From assembly GCA_965153455.1 (NCBI GenBank), contig OZ234493.1, forward strand, positions 17,474,213-17,538,212: 64,000 nucleotides of DNA, read 5' to 3'. Positions 1 through 13,273 of this stretch are shown here, piece by piece. Source of the stretch: Sphagnum compactum. Taxonomy: Eukaryota. Positions within the stretch are counted from its first letter, which is position 1; the number at the start of each line of letters is the position of its first letter. Below the pieces are notes generated by a model. That model saw only the letters and a program-made list of their open reading frames with translations. It ran no database searches and was not told the DNA's origin. The position numbers and the translations under genes were made by a program.

Positions 1-25
1 GTCAATGGATGTTGCTGTGTGACAG

Positions 26-1538
26 GGTCAACTTCCTGGGCTCGGAGCCCTTGCGTTGTGGGAAGAGCCCAGACCATTGGCGACGAAAGACGGGGATGCA
101 TTGCAAGCGGTCGATGGATCGGATGGCATTGTGGTGGTGGAGGAGCCTTGCGATTGGTTAGCATTTCTAAAATCTCGTAAAAGCTGAATGGATAATTGTG
201 TTTTTGATTTAACACTCGCTCGAAATCGTAATCCATCTCACTAGATTTTGTGGATTCCTCGCAGGAATATCAAACTGCATTCTACGAAATATTGGGGTCC
301 CGGTGAGAGTGCTTGGATCATCCGGCATTTTCGCAGCGAAGGGCACAGTGTCCCTGGCTCCATGCGGCAAGTGATAGGGCTCGGACACGCAATTTCCGAC
401 GAAGGGCAAAACAAGGGAACATATCCCAATCTCCGTGATTTCAAAGAACTGAGTGAAGATTGCATGCTCATTTACCACGGAGAAATGGTGGCAATCCTTT
501 TGCATGGGTTTGTTCCCTCTACGGAAGCGTCGGAGCATCTTCAAACATTGGGATATTTGTTTCAACACGGCGGCACTATCTCCCGGTCCTGTTCTCGGGA
601 GTCTAGAATGGCGCTGTTCGGGCATAGATTTTGCCGTTTCGATCTTACCGTGGATAGGTCTGCACCCTTCCACTGCCCAAACTCAGTTTATGCATGCTAT
701 AATTTAAATAACTTTTTTTCTCCTGATGCCTGGTTTTCTTTTCTTTAGGTACCAGCACCCTACAAAAAATGCTAAAAATAAGAAAACTTACTCGCAAGAA
801 GAATTGGAACGCTTCGCAGATGCTTGGGCCCCCGAGTTTGTGGAGAAGAATCTACGTCCCCAGTTGACATCCTGGCTCCAAGAATTGGACGGCTTCTTCC
901 CGGAACAATTGCCCTTTGGCACTTCTCGGATCGGGAGGACTTGTTTTACGGCGATGACAGTCACGGAGAACTACCATTCGACGCCGCACACGGACAGGGA
1001 CCTGTCTAATTCTATGATTTCCTGGTTCTTAGAAAGTAAGTGTGTTTTGCTGCATGTGTCTGTTTCAAAGATTTCGAGCTTTTTGGAAAAACAAAAAAAA
1101 GGGAATTTAATTTGTCGAACTCCATCTTGACACCCCACAATTGTGAACATGTTTGGAGCTTGAACAGGAGAAGCAGAATCCGGAGGGGAATTTGCATTTC
1201 CTGCGCACGGAATGTTTTTCAAACCCCGACATGGGATAATCATCCTATTCCGATCTGGGTGGCTTCAGCATTGCATAATGCCCGTCTTAGACCGAAGACG
1301 ACAATTGGGCTGTGCGTTGTACCTTAGGAAGCAGACGTTGACCCATTATGTGGCTCGACAAGCTGATTTGTCTCGAATCAACGAGGCTTTGAACGAATCA
1401 ATGAGGAAAAAAAGTTGCATGAGAAGGCGAGGGAAAAGAACAATGGGCCCGCTTAAAGGTGCTTTGCGTTTGACTTATCGCGGTGGCACCATAGATGTTA
1501 ATGACGAGGCAGGATCCAGTGATGAATCCTTCGAATAG
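26..1538 (+). CDS. Tet/JBP-like 2OG-Fe(II) dioxygenase-domain gene, 5'-incomplete; exons 26-156, 265-657, 749-1035, 1168-1538
   Basis: GT-AG introns 157-264, 658-748 and 1036-1167 join four GC-richer exons into one open frame (393 codons plus TAG) with consistent phases. Motifs: RMALFGHRF; FTAMTVTENYHSTPHTDRD (HxD at 987-995); GGEFAFP; IILFRSGWLQHC (distal His 1269-1271); QLGCALY. The first exon's boundaries are the least certain. Confidence 0.72.
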
Positions 1539-4500
1539 CTAGGTGTTTATTCGCTAAATAGCTTGGCCTTTTATAATAATTGCAAAATTTTCTAGCAAGT
1601 AAAACAATTTTGGGAATCTTTTACAGGATTTTAGCAAGAAAAAAAGATGATAATTAACCAAAATGAACTTGGATTAATTATTAGTTTTCTCTTTTAGCAT
1701 CCAGAAATTTAACCAAGTGAAAATTCTGCATGGCATATATCAAGGGCTTATAAAGGGCATAAAACCCCTATTGTTATTCAATTAATTTTGAGGAATGGAA
1801 AATTAGCTTTTAAAAATGAAAAAAACATGTATTAATTATTTCAACTACTCAATTTTTGCAAATATGTATGCACTAAATAATAGTGTTAGGGTTCTTGCTC
1901 AATTTGGCTGGGTAGAACCATCAGTTCTAAATAGTAAAAACTATATCAAAACTGGGTTTGATTTCTAGAACCAAAATCAGCCATTAGGTTTGGGTTTTAA
2001 ACTAGATTTGGTTTTAGACTTTCACTTTAAAAGTGGATATGGTTTCATTGTGGAAGGCCTTAACCTAATCACCCCTAGTAGTTGGGAACTATGTCTCAAG
2101 AAGCTAGTCCGCTCTCGCAATGTTGCCACCATCACCAACAACAAATGCCCTGAAGTGCAACATTTCGCAATATTGGTGTCTAGCTCTTTAACTAAAGATT
2201 GATATGATTTATTCCTCTTGAAGTTGAAACTGCCTAAATTTTCTTCTGCATGCATGTTGTCTAATTATGTCAACTATGTAAAATGCAATGAGTGTACACA
2301 ACTCTTTGTTGTGCTTGAAAACTAAAATGAGCATTCCTAAGTTGCAGTTATTCTATTTGTTTTGTTGAAGTTTTGTGAAACTTACAAGTTACAGTTGTGA
2401 ACATTGTATTATAATTTATGCGATTGTGGATTTGTTGAGGGTGAAGGGGGTGGTCATTTCAACTTTGAATAACGGCAAGAATATGAACCTAAAAAGGTTA
2501 TAGATGGGATTTGATTTGAGAATTTGCAAGATGACTACAAATGGGATTTTGTTTTGGATTTCCAAAATGAAACTCAAGGTGGATTCCTTTACCTTTAACC
2601 CCACAATCCACTTTGCAAATTGTTGGGTGATTTGGTTTGTTGTACAAGTTCAAGATCAAATGGAGCTTTGCAATAAATCCACAATGTTTTTTTATGTTTT
2701 TTTCGTTTCTATTTTTCTAAGTTTTATTCTTCTCCTTATCAAAACCTTTCCTGAATTTTTATTTTTTTTTTTTCACTTGCTTTTATCTTAAATATGTCTT
2801 TCTTTTACTTATAAAATTTTAACTTACTCTCTCTTCAAGTCTATAGCACTATTGTTTGCAAAACTTTTTTTCTTGGTGTCTTGATTGCAATCTTGAATTT
2901 TATTCTAGATTTTCCATGATTGCCACGTCTTTTATTATTTTATAATATTTTGATTCCTCCATGAATCTTAATACCACCATGCCATTGTGCATTGTATTAG
3001 ATTTTAGTATGTCCCCAAAGTCAGATAACTCTTCCAGCGAGCCAAATCACCTATGGCTGGAGCTTGGTTTCAATTCCTAGAGTTCATAATCAGTATAGTA
3101 AAAACAACCAAGTCCATAGATATCTAAAACAGTAAATTGATTTTGTGATTTACAATCCCTTAAATTTGTTCATAAAGGTGATATATTCATATGCGATTTC
3201 ATAGCCATAACAAATGTATGTTAAAGTTAGTTGTACATTATGTATTGTGATATCACCTTATCACTCCAAGGGGATGAATTATGGTCCTTTTGTGGACTAT
3301 TACAAGGTGACCACAGTCAAATCCATATGAAATGGACTACTAACTACAATACAAATTGCAATAAACATCTTGCCTTTGTTATTGATGATGAGAAGATGTG
3401 GGTTCACCGAGGTGCCCAAATAGAAGGCCTAAATTGTTGGTCACACAAACAACGTTTGGAACTATGGTATAATTTGTGAAAGTTGATGCAAAGGTAAATT
3501 AATGACCCCCTTTGAATTCCTCCTCCTATTTTACCTCTATCTTCTAAGGTCTGGTGATGAACATGAAGGTTTTTTCTCAAACCTGAATTGTGTAGCTTAC
3601 AAATTTGGACATTGATGATCTTCCACCATTTTTCTTGTTAATTGTTTTGTTTGGTGTTGGATGGTTAAGACTACATAGTAAGGCATAATAATAAAATTGG
3701 ATGCACAATTTTCTAAGCAAGTAATCGCAGATGTTTTAAGGTTTGTTTATCCCCAATATTCGCTGCAAGTAGACAATGAGGCAACAGTTCTTTGACATTT
3801 GGAAATCTTGATAATTATTGGAAACACTTCTCTATCTTCACCACATGTGCTTTCTGTTGCTGAAATGTTTTGTCACTTATGCCACAACCCAAATTTGGGG
3901 GAGAAGGAAAAAAGGGCTGGTTGGCATTCTTACGGTGAACAAAGTTTGCAAGTCTTGTCATATGCAACCCACCACTGCCTGTAAGGTGAATTGCAGGTTC
4001 ATAGACTCAACACTTTGACCAAACTGGTTGTAAATTGGAATTTGCCTATTGTAGATGCCCAAGGGGGCCATTCATCGAATGCCCAAATAACAGTTTCTAA
4101 GAATGAAAGAGGACAAAATGGATTTCAAGTGGATTTTTGCACTTAATGTATTAGGTGGGATTGGATGTGAGTAAGCAGCCAAAGGGCGAAGGAAAAGCTT
4201 GTGCAGTCCTAGAACCTTGTGCGACAGCATAAGGATCATGGGTCATGGCATCCTTGGTCAAATAAATTTGCTGTTGTTTACACATATGAAGCTCCCACGA
4301 TACCATGATAATTGTAATCAAACAAAAAGTGTATGTATGTACATCAATTCCCAAACAGTTAACACCAAAGGTATAGCAACTAGTGCGCTTAAATTTCACC
4401 CAAAAAATCTAGACCTTGTAAATGTTGCCAAACCTCCCCATACATAATCATATGGGGAACAAAAATAACCATAGATTTCTTATATTGAGGATTCTGTAGA

Positions 4501-6479
4501 GCATGGGACGTCCTTCGCAACTTAAGTAAGGCCAATTGGTGGGTGCTGGGTCACATTGCTCTTATAAGCATCTCCACCCACAACAATAAAGTGGCAAGGA
4601 AGCACTGTTTTGGATCAAATACAGGAGTTCAAATAGTATGAAACTCAGTTTTGGGCCTGTAAATATGCTCATGATACAAAGACTTCCAAGAGGCAAACAA
4701 AGCAACATGATCGTTTTTGATTGGTCGATGTTAATGATTGGCCAAGATGGTCTTGCCCATTAGATCATTCATTTTTTCATGTTTATGGGTGTGGATGGGA
4801 GAATAATTAACAATACATATATTGAATATGGTAAAGGTTTAGAGCATCTCCAACAATGCATTTGATGCAATATCAATTTTTACTAAACTCAATTTTTTTG
4901 CTAAAAAATTGCTCCTCTCTCATTATGAACAATAAACATTAAACAATCTATTTATGAAGGAAGATAAAAAAAAAAGTCTTTTTTTTTGGTACTTATAAGA
5001 TCCACCGAACCAGGATGCTTCAAATTGTGTTCTTGATCTTTGGAAAGCTCTCGAGGAGGAGTGCATTGGCTTGGTTTCATGGTGTTTGGACTTGCCGTGC
5101 AAGAGTTCTTGAATATTAAATGATTTCTTCATTAAAAACTAAATTAAATCATAGCTGAAAATTTAGGAGGAATTGGAATGTGCATTTCGTGTTCTTGGAA
5201 AGATGTTGATGAGCACAATTTAATGGAATTTATTTGGTAAAAAGTGGGAAATTTTGGGTTTTTTCGTGTAAATTTGACATTTTTCAAAAGATAACCCTAA
5301 ATTCTAATTGTCACAGAATTGAAAATCAAAACCCTCCTCACCAAATCCAGCTTTCCTGAGCAGGTAACAAGCTCTAATTTCTCTTGTGGTGGATGAATGC
5401 ATCTCATTGTACTAACTCGTGTACTTAAACGCGCAGTTGGCAGTTGGTTCCTGATGAAAATGCAGTAAAATATAATTGAATACATCTTTTGATGAACATC
5501 TTGCTTTCTGGACAAATATTCGGACCTTGCACATATCTTGAGCGATTTCTAAAATCTTCTACCCTAAATAGTAAGTAACTCATTGGCATCCCTTAGTTAC
5601 CTTAGCTGTTTTCACCAAAAAATATTATTCGTTCAAAAGTTGATATTTTCAAATACATGTTTTTCCAAAGAAGAAAAATTTTGTGAATGAAAATAGAGAA
5701 TCTCATGGAGTATTGAATTTTTTTGGCATGGAATCTTCAGAATTAATTAATTATTCAAATGACATGTGTTGAAGCTGCCCTTGTATATCGAGTCATCAAA
5801 CTATTTAGTGGAATATATTCTAAATTGATTTAAGGCCTTGTGCATAGAAAAGGTTACAGGCGAGATATCCGAAGATCAAATTTTTTGTGCAAATGTACCT
5901 AAGGGGAATGAAAATAGAGCTCCTTCAAGCCCCATTATTGGCCATGGGCAAATCCTAAAGTGTCAATATGACTAGGTCATTTGTACCGGCTGTTAGCCCA
6001 TGTTTTACAATTTGAAAAAATCAGGCAGAGCTTTGCAAAAACATTTTCGGGCACACACAAAAACTTCAAGCGCATCTGGCCGTTGAGGCAGTTCATTTGG
6101 GATGCGGGTAGCCAGAACAATCTTTTGACAACCAGTGCATCTGCTTGTAAAGGTTGTAGATCCCTTAAGCTTGGTCTACACTACCTAAGTATTTGTGAAA
6201 ACTTTGGAACATATTAAACACTTGTATTTTCTTCATTGAAAGGGCAGTGGCCAAAAAATTACCCCTAAATTTGAACATGGTTTTCTAGCAGGAACTATTT
6301 TGATTTGGGATGTATTGAACATATTTTTGGTGACCATGGCTTGGAAATAATGGAGGTTGTTTTCGCACTACAAAAGAAACAAGGTAAAACAAAATTGAAC
6401 GTTCATGTGTGTTCACAATAGTCTCACAAGGTTGCCAATAAATCTTAGGTGCACCATATTACATATAGTAAAGGAACGA

Positions 6480-6746
6480 TGAAGCCGCCCGTGAAGCCGG
6501 ACGGCCACTCTCCGAAACCAGAACTTCATGTAATGGCATTCTTACTATTCTCAACTCCAGAGCTTCAAGCCCGCCCGTGAAGCCGCCCCTGACTCCGGAC
6601 GGACAGCACGTGGTCCGCGTGGCGAGTAGTGATTGGCTACAGTGTCCGTTCATAGTCAGGGGAGAGAGCAGACTGTCCACTTTCAATGAAGCCGGACGGA
6701 CAGTGGCCACGGGCAGTAGCTATATCCGGACGGACAGTAGCCACTT
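6480..6746. repeat. GC-rich island with repeated GAAGCCGCCC / CCGGACGG(ACAG) motifs, probably part of a non-autonomous transposon
   Basis: CCGGACGG occurs four times, three of them followed by ACAG. GAAGCCG occurs four times within about 270 bp of an otherwise AT-rich background. Confidence 0.45.
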
Positions 6747-7433
6747 GGGAGGTAGGAAAACTGGACAGGACCTAAACCCTAATAGTGACATGGTATGAAC
6801 GTGTGCCCAAAGAAGGGATGAATAATCTTGATGTATGCTTTCAATGTTTAGTCATGTCACTTACGCGACGTGAGATAGTTGACTATGGAATGTCAAAATG
6901 TAAATCGATAGGCATGTTGGGGTTTTAGTATAGCCTATGGATGAAACCCAACAAAATTGATGTCGAGTTCCATGCTGGTAACCTTTCTTGTAAACAATAT
7001 GTTGCACATGTATGTATGTAGACCTTAGGATAATGGGTGACATGTAAATGCTTGATTGAAAAATGTAAGCTCCTTTCCATCCCCACGAATCTTTTATCTA
7101 CCTCCATTATTAAGTAGGAGGAACCCTAAACCCGTCCACTTACAAAGGTTTACCTATTGTTATTAGAATAGTGGTGGCTCACACTAGCTCTTTCAAATCC
7201 TTGATTTATTGGGTCAAAGAACGCCCACTTTATTTTTACCCATTCACCTTTTTTATTTAACATTAAACATTTAACGTAACCCATCATATATATGTTTAAA
7301 TTTGTAAAAATCAACAACTAAACTTTTCATTTAACAAAGATATTATTAAGCCTCTTCCCATCTCTTGGTTTTTTAATAAATCAAATTTTGGTGTGTTTAA
7401 ACATTCCATACAAGGTAAAGTTTAAGCCACATT

Positions 7434-9242
7434 TGGTGCACCCCTCGGTTTTTCAAGCGGTGTCGATGGTAAAGAACTTCCTTCATCTTTAATTTTGTAA
7501 CAAGATGTGAACATAGAGTGCATTCCCTAACCCCCAACAAGAGTTTCAGGATGGGACTAGAATGAGCTTTTCAAGTCTAACTCAAGGACATGTCAAATTA
7601 CACAAACCAAATGTAAGTAGGTAGTTAGTGTATTTTGGAGCCAATTTGGACATAAACAAATCACCGGGTATTTTTTATTCATTAAATTTGTCATGGCCAA
7701 AACTTGAAAAGAAGCATACCGTTCCTTCCTATAATATATTATGTAGTTCCCTATGAGGTTTACATCTAAATGTTAGGTGCAATCACAATATAATGAGCCA
7801 CCAACAAATGAAATTATAGTTTTTTTTTTTCACATTTAAAAATGATAAATCAAGTCAACGTTGAAAATGTTTGGTATACTTCTAGAAATTTGTCTTATGT
7901 ATTAATGGAACATTTGGTTGAATTTGAGATGAATTCAATAATTATAGGGTATCCAAGAGCTCTAAAAACGATGTAATAGAAGTTTTCATATTTTAAAATA
8001 TTATTAAAAGTACTTTAAACGATTTGAAAATTATCTATTTATGAGAAGCAATTTATATATACAATTACATAATAAATTGCACCACTTGATTGGATCATAT
8101 ATATTTATTTTACTTGTAAATAATGATCATAATAATATTTTCTTCCACAATCCGATCTTCATTATGTCATAAATAGTAAACAATGAAGGAATGTTTTAGA
8201 AGTTTCCAAAAATATTTTTGGAGATTTTTATAAATTTCTAGGAAGATCCTTGAGAATACGTTTGGAAGTTTATAGAAAATTTAAAAAGTTTTTAAAAAGG
8301 TCCTTTAAATTTATTTGTAGCAAAACCTTTTTGAAGACGTGATTAGTGGAAGTTTCTAGAAGGTTATTTGGTAGAAACTCATAGAAGGCTTAATTGATGG
8401 AACTTTTAAAAAGGTTAACGATGTTATAAAAGGTTCCATTGGATAATATAAAAAGGGTTCAAGGCACATCGCCTGTCAATTTGTTAACAAAAGTTGTGCC
8501 TTTTGTATCCCTTCTCCATATCTCGCCTAATTTGTATTATGTCTCGTTCAAATAATAAAATTATTTAATTTTTGTTCATTATCAAATTGTAAGTTTGTCA
8601 AGCTGATATGTTTTTTTCCAAGTTGTGTCCTTGCCTTGTCTTTGATATTATGTCATGTCATTTGATTGGCCCGCCCATTGTTTTCACACAAACCACCAAA
8701 GAGGTTGTGATTGCATCATACCATCTTCCCAAAATTTTCAAATTTAACAAGTTATGATTTTTTCATTTTGTTTCCAAATTCAAAACTAGTATGGAAAAAA
8801 ATGTACCCGTTGAAAAAGGTCTTCCAATGATGTATCCAACTCTTGAATTGGGAATGATTTGACCTTTCAAATTGTGATTTGTGACCGAGGATCATTTTGG
8901 CAACTTGATTACTAGCCAATTTTAAATGACCATTATATAACAATTGCTACATATCTATTTTGAAATGTGTCACACTTCATTGTAGTATTGTCTAACACAT
9001 TTGTAGTTGTTTGATGGGGGTTTGATTTGGACAAAGTTTGGTTCTTCAAACTTTTGACCAAAGATTTAAAACACCATTGGACTTCCAATTCCCCGAGTGG
9101 GAATGTTGGGGCTTCATCCTTTGCACTTTCATACATGGGTGCGAGTGCATTTGAATCAAGGGATGCCTTTACCTCATTCTTTTAACTCATTTCCCTTTTC
9201 TTGCCGGAGCGTGGGTTGTGATTCAAAGGTTAAAGTGGCAAA
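7434..9242 (-). mobile_element. Highly degenerate LTR relic related to the Gypsy LTRs at 38924/45287, split by a DNA-transposon insertion
   Basis: 7540-7772 aligns by eye with LTR 39050-39277, e.g. ggccaaaacttgaaaagaagc...cctataatatattatgtagttcc...tacatctaaatg vs ggcccggacttgggggaagcc...cttatagtatactctgcagctctcc...tacatccaaatg. Most differences are C>T or G>A. The right boundary is approximate. Confidence 0.5.
7776..8717. mobile_element. Non-autonomous TIR DNA transposon (PIF/Harbinger-like) inserted in the LTR relic
   Basis: Left end GGTGCAATCACAA (7776) and right end TTGTGATTGCATC (8705-8717) form a 12/13 inverted match. Flanks are TTA and ATA (degenerate 3-bp TSD). The interior is AT-rich and non-coding. 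Confidence 0.5.
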
Positions 9243-10489
9243 AAAATTTGTGGGTTTAACAAAAATTACGTAGTAGTTCATCTTGGCTGGTGGTTTTTAA
9301 TGTTTGTATAGTTGATGGCATTGTGATCCTTTGCTTTGCAAATCACACCTGTCAAAGAAGTAGTCAAGCTTTAGATGAACATCCCCTATCTTGCTTTTTT
9401 TTGTTGAAAAAGTTTTCAAGAAAATAGAGTTAGAGGATGAAAAAACCTCTTTGTTACAATCTCCTCAATGGTGTTTTGTTCTTCATAGAGGGATGCAAAA
9501 AAGGATCTCCACATGTTACCCATAACTTGTTCCACCACCTTTGTTGCTTTCTTCGGTTTCCCTTCATGCGTTTTTATTTCTTTCCCACTTTATATTTTGT
9601 GGACTTCTGCCATATATTTACCTTTTTGTTTTTTGTTAGCTTTGAAACTCTTATTTTCTTTCTTTTTATTATGGGGTTTTTTGTTATTCAGATTTTCTTC
9701 ACATGTAACCCGATCGATCTATAATGAATGGCTATGAAGGTGCCTGGTCATGATTCATATTTGAATGACTATGAGTATGTTTCGATAAAAGTTTTTCATA
9801 TTATGTTTATACCGACCATAACGTAAGAAAGATCATGAAATTGAACCCGTGGCCCTAAAATTTCGTGTTCGACATCTTTTGAAACGAATCCAATACTCGG
9901 AAACATAACATGCAAGAATTACTACGTGGTCAATATCCGTATGCAATCAATGTGGAAGATCTCACACAAAACCATATTTTCCCATTCCGAGCGCATGTTG
10001 CGAGAAAAATGTGTAAGAGATTTTCTCACGTGTCCTTCACCCTGGTAGGTCTCACGTGAAAGTAAATAATTCGACAACCAAACTCCGATGAAAGTTCGAC
10101 CATCCACACACAGTCTTAAGGCTCGCTCGCACCAACCTCGCTCGCCACAGGTCGTGAAACTTCCGCCATCAATTCAGCATGCAAAACGACGATCAAATAT
10201 CACACACATACACAGTTACGGAAATGGTTTCATCCGGGCTATTAACCTCTCCTATCGATACATACACATCTACGAAAGTCGTTTCATCCTTGCTAATCAC
10301 CTCTCCTATTAAATGGATGCGATGCCTCCCAGGTTCAATTTGTTTTCTGCAACAAGCCAATTTGATTGGCCAATCACTCAGAAGGAAGTGAAGCAACGGA
10401 AGCTCCCTAAAATATAAGGTTTTATTTTGAGTTCCTCCCCTTTGGCTCACCTGCACGTGTGAAAGGAGTACTACATGTGCCATAACAAA

Positions 10490-11165
10490 TGGGTTACATG
10501 TGGGGTGCTATGGAAAACATGTTGGGGGAATACATTAAGAACTTGGACAACAGATTGAAGACATGATGGTAACTTATTGGGAACTTAAAAGGAACAAGGG
10601 AAAACCGAAAAGTATCCTCTTCTAAATCCCCGCCCCCAAACTGAAAAATGCAAGGCACCTTTGGCGTGTGTTCGGGCCTTCCCGTTGGCTGCAGGAAATT
10701 TCTCCTCCCATAAGAGTTCATCACCATTTTTGGCCCGACCTTTACCCCCCACAAGTATAACTTTTTTTTTTGTTGAATTTGATTGGCCCATGTCTAAAAG
10801 TTGAAACCCTGAGGCTTCCCAAAAATTTGAAGATTCTATGGACAGATGGAGTGCCTCCCCCTTTCGCCCACCTATATATGTGAGAAGGGGAGGACTTTGA
10901 GCAAAACATATGGGATTAAAGCAGGGTGCAATTGAGAAAACCCATGGGGAACGCATTGGCAACCTACTGGAACAAATGAAAAAACACAAAAATCTTTTTG
11001 CCCCCCCGCCCCCCCCCCCCCCCGCCCCCAACCTGACCAAACTCGAAAGGAGAAAAACAAGACACCTTGAGTGTATGTCGAGCCTTCCCATTAGTTGCAT
11101 GAAACTTCTATTGCCAAAACTTGTTGGTGCCGTTTTCAACCTTGTCTAATACCCCCATTATAAAC
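10490..11165 (+). repeat. Dispersed repeat family (a partial copy plus a fuller copy); another copy at 62955-63370
   Basis: The block tgattggccca...gaagattctatg...cccacctatata.gtgagaaggggagga.tttg.gcaaaacatatgg.attaaagca.ggtg...taatacccccat is shared between 10780-11160 and 62963-63352. Confidence 0.75.
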
Positions 11166-12814
11166 ACATTATTTATTCAATCAGGAGGTTGCACACAACA
11201 TCAGATCCGTAAAAACCTCCTTTACTTTCTTTTTCCTTTTCACATTTCTTTTTATTCTTCCTGGTTTTGGTTTTTCCCTTGATCTCTCACTTTTCGATGA
11301 TTTCAAATCGGCAAAAAACCTTATATTTCGATTTTTTTTTTTTGGGGGCAATTTCTTCCCCCTAGAAAAAGGACGCCCTACACCTTGGATAACATTTTTT
11401 CTTCCAATTTTGCGATGTAGCCAGTTTGGCAATGATCCACAGTTGAATTTAGCAAATTTTGATTATCGACAAGGTAAAGCAAGAAAGTAACAAATTTGAA
11501 GGGAATTTTACTGTTTTCTAAATATTTGTTTCCTAGAGTTGTATAGTTTCCATTGTCGTGGGTTTTCTATAGATGCTTTCCCCATTGGTTTTATTAATTT
11601 GTATATATATTTATTTTTTATTTATTGTGCTTGCTAGAAAGGTTGATATCTTATCTCTTATTTCATCCGTGGTTTTCATTTTCTACGATGTTTGCAAAAA
11701 ACTATTTCTTTGTTGTGTATTTTTTCTTTTTATTCTGTATGGTCAATTTTTAGATTTTAGGGGTGTAAGTTTTCAAATAAAATGTAGTTTCTTTGCCTTC
11801 TTTTTCTTCTTACAAATTTTGTTATCAATCTCATTTGTTTATGTTTTTTTTTTTACAACCTTTTTTTTGGGTATTTGTAACCTTTGACAACCTTATTTTT
11901 GTTTTTTTATATTTTTTGGTTTCTTTTTTTCTTTTATTTTGGTTTTTCAAATATGTAACTGGATCGATAATACTTATAAAATTTTATACATGTAGTTACG
12001 ATAATTCCTTTGAGCTATGCTTCAAATTGTGATTGCACATAACCACATCCCTTGTTTTTATTTGTCTTTCGCAGGGGAGCCAACGAGCATTTCGATTGCG
12101 ACACGAACGAACCGCATTCAATGATTAACCTAGATTGCAAGATCATTTGCGCGACTCCTACGTCCTATTCCTTCTTCCTAACCTCAAGCATGCAGTGTTT
12201 ATGAGCAAATTTTAGCAATGTTTGTGTTGATATTTCTCGAAATAATCTAACGACCAAAAACCTTGGATGCAAGATTTACATCGTGCCGGAGATATCATTG
12301 TAATCAAAATGGATGATCTCACGTAAAACATTTTCTACCAACTGCAGCTGAAAGAAAATGTGCATGAAATTTTGGGCTTGTCATTCACAATATCAAGATC
12401 TCACATCAAAGGAAGTAAATAAATTCTGAGAATCCTATGATCTCGAACGTGTCATTACAGGTGGGCCAAGATTTTTTGCCTAAAATGAAACAGGCTTCAA
12501 GGTAACTCAATGCAATATAAAAGATTGCATACGGTGGTCGACCCATTGAATCATTCACGTGAAGGTTATTTTGACAAAGAGTTGACATATACTTGAATCA
12601 CACAGCCCTTGTTCCTTCTGTGCTCAATTCTCAAACTCGTGTGCCTGGAAAGGTGCGTAATTAGTTTTTTGTTATCGTCAATCCTTTTGATGGCACTAGG
12701 TTGATCATTGATTGTAGTTGGTTTTTTATCGACGTTTATGATCTTGCAAGAGGCATCAATTTTCTGTCCATTTGTTTCAAAATATTTTCTGTCTTATAAT
12801 CGTATTTTTTGCAG

Positions 12815-13273
12815 ATGGGAGAACCCGAAGCCACCAACCTGATGGACATGCCTTCAAATGTTCGAACTAACATCCTCAAATTTTTATGGGCCGGGGAATA
12901 CGATGCATGGGAATATGAGGAGAATGGTCGCGTTTTAACCGTCGACCTGCATAACTTGCTTTCCCCTATCACTGATGAGAGGGAAAAGCAAATGACAGAC
13001 ATTCTGGCCCATGTTGAGCTCGGGGTGGTTGACCATCTCGTCATCCTGGCATACTTAGAATCCACAGAAAGAAATCGGTTAAGCAGACATTGTTACACAT
13101 TATATCACCCCCTAGAGGTAGAATGGTTCCCAGAACTTGATAATCTGGTCCGAAATCCGCCTCCGAACATGCTCGTCACTATTAAAACGCATGGTGACGA
13201 CATCCCTGTGGTGCATCCTGACGACATATATGGAACGCCTGCTGGTGACGACATTGATGACAAGAAGGAATAG
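12815..13273 (+). CDS. Orphan 152-aa acidic protein (or terminal exon) with an N-terminal F-box-like motif
   Basis: The ATG follows a strong acceptor (ttttttgcag), with an upstream donor aag|gtgcgt at 12653. The ORF is open and protein-like. NLMDMPSNVRTNILKFL resembles the F-box consensus LxxLPxEIxxxILxxL. Confidence 0.5.
   Translation: MGEPEATNLMDMPSNVRTNILKFLWAGEYDAWEYEENGRVLTVDLHNLLSPITDEREKQMTDILAHVELGVVDHLVILAYLESTERNRLSRHCYTLYHPLEVEWFPELDNLVRNPPPNMLVTIKTHGDDIPVVHPDDIYGTPAGDDIDDKKE

Noticed and set aside
4841-4856. AGAGCATCTCCAACA as a Tourist MITE end
   Set aside because: No matching inverted partner was found nearby.
11573-12032. Hydrophobic Phe-rich ORFs (also 9437-9737 and 13534-13871) as membrane proteins
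   Set aside because: They are translations of T-rich low-complexity, intron-like DNA.
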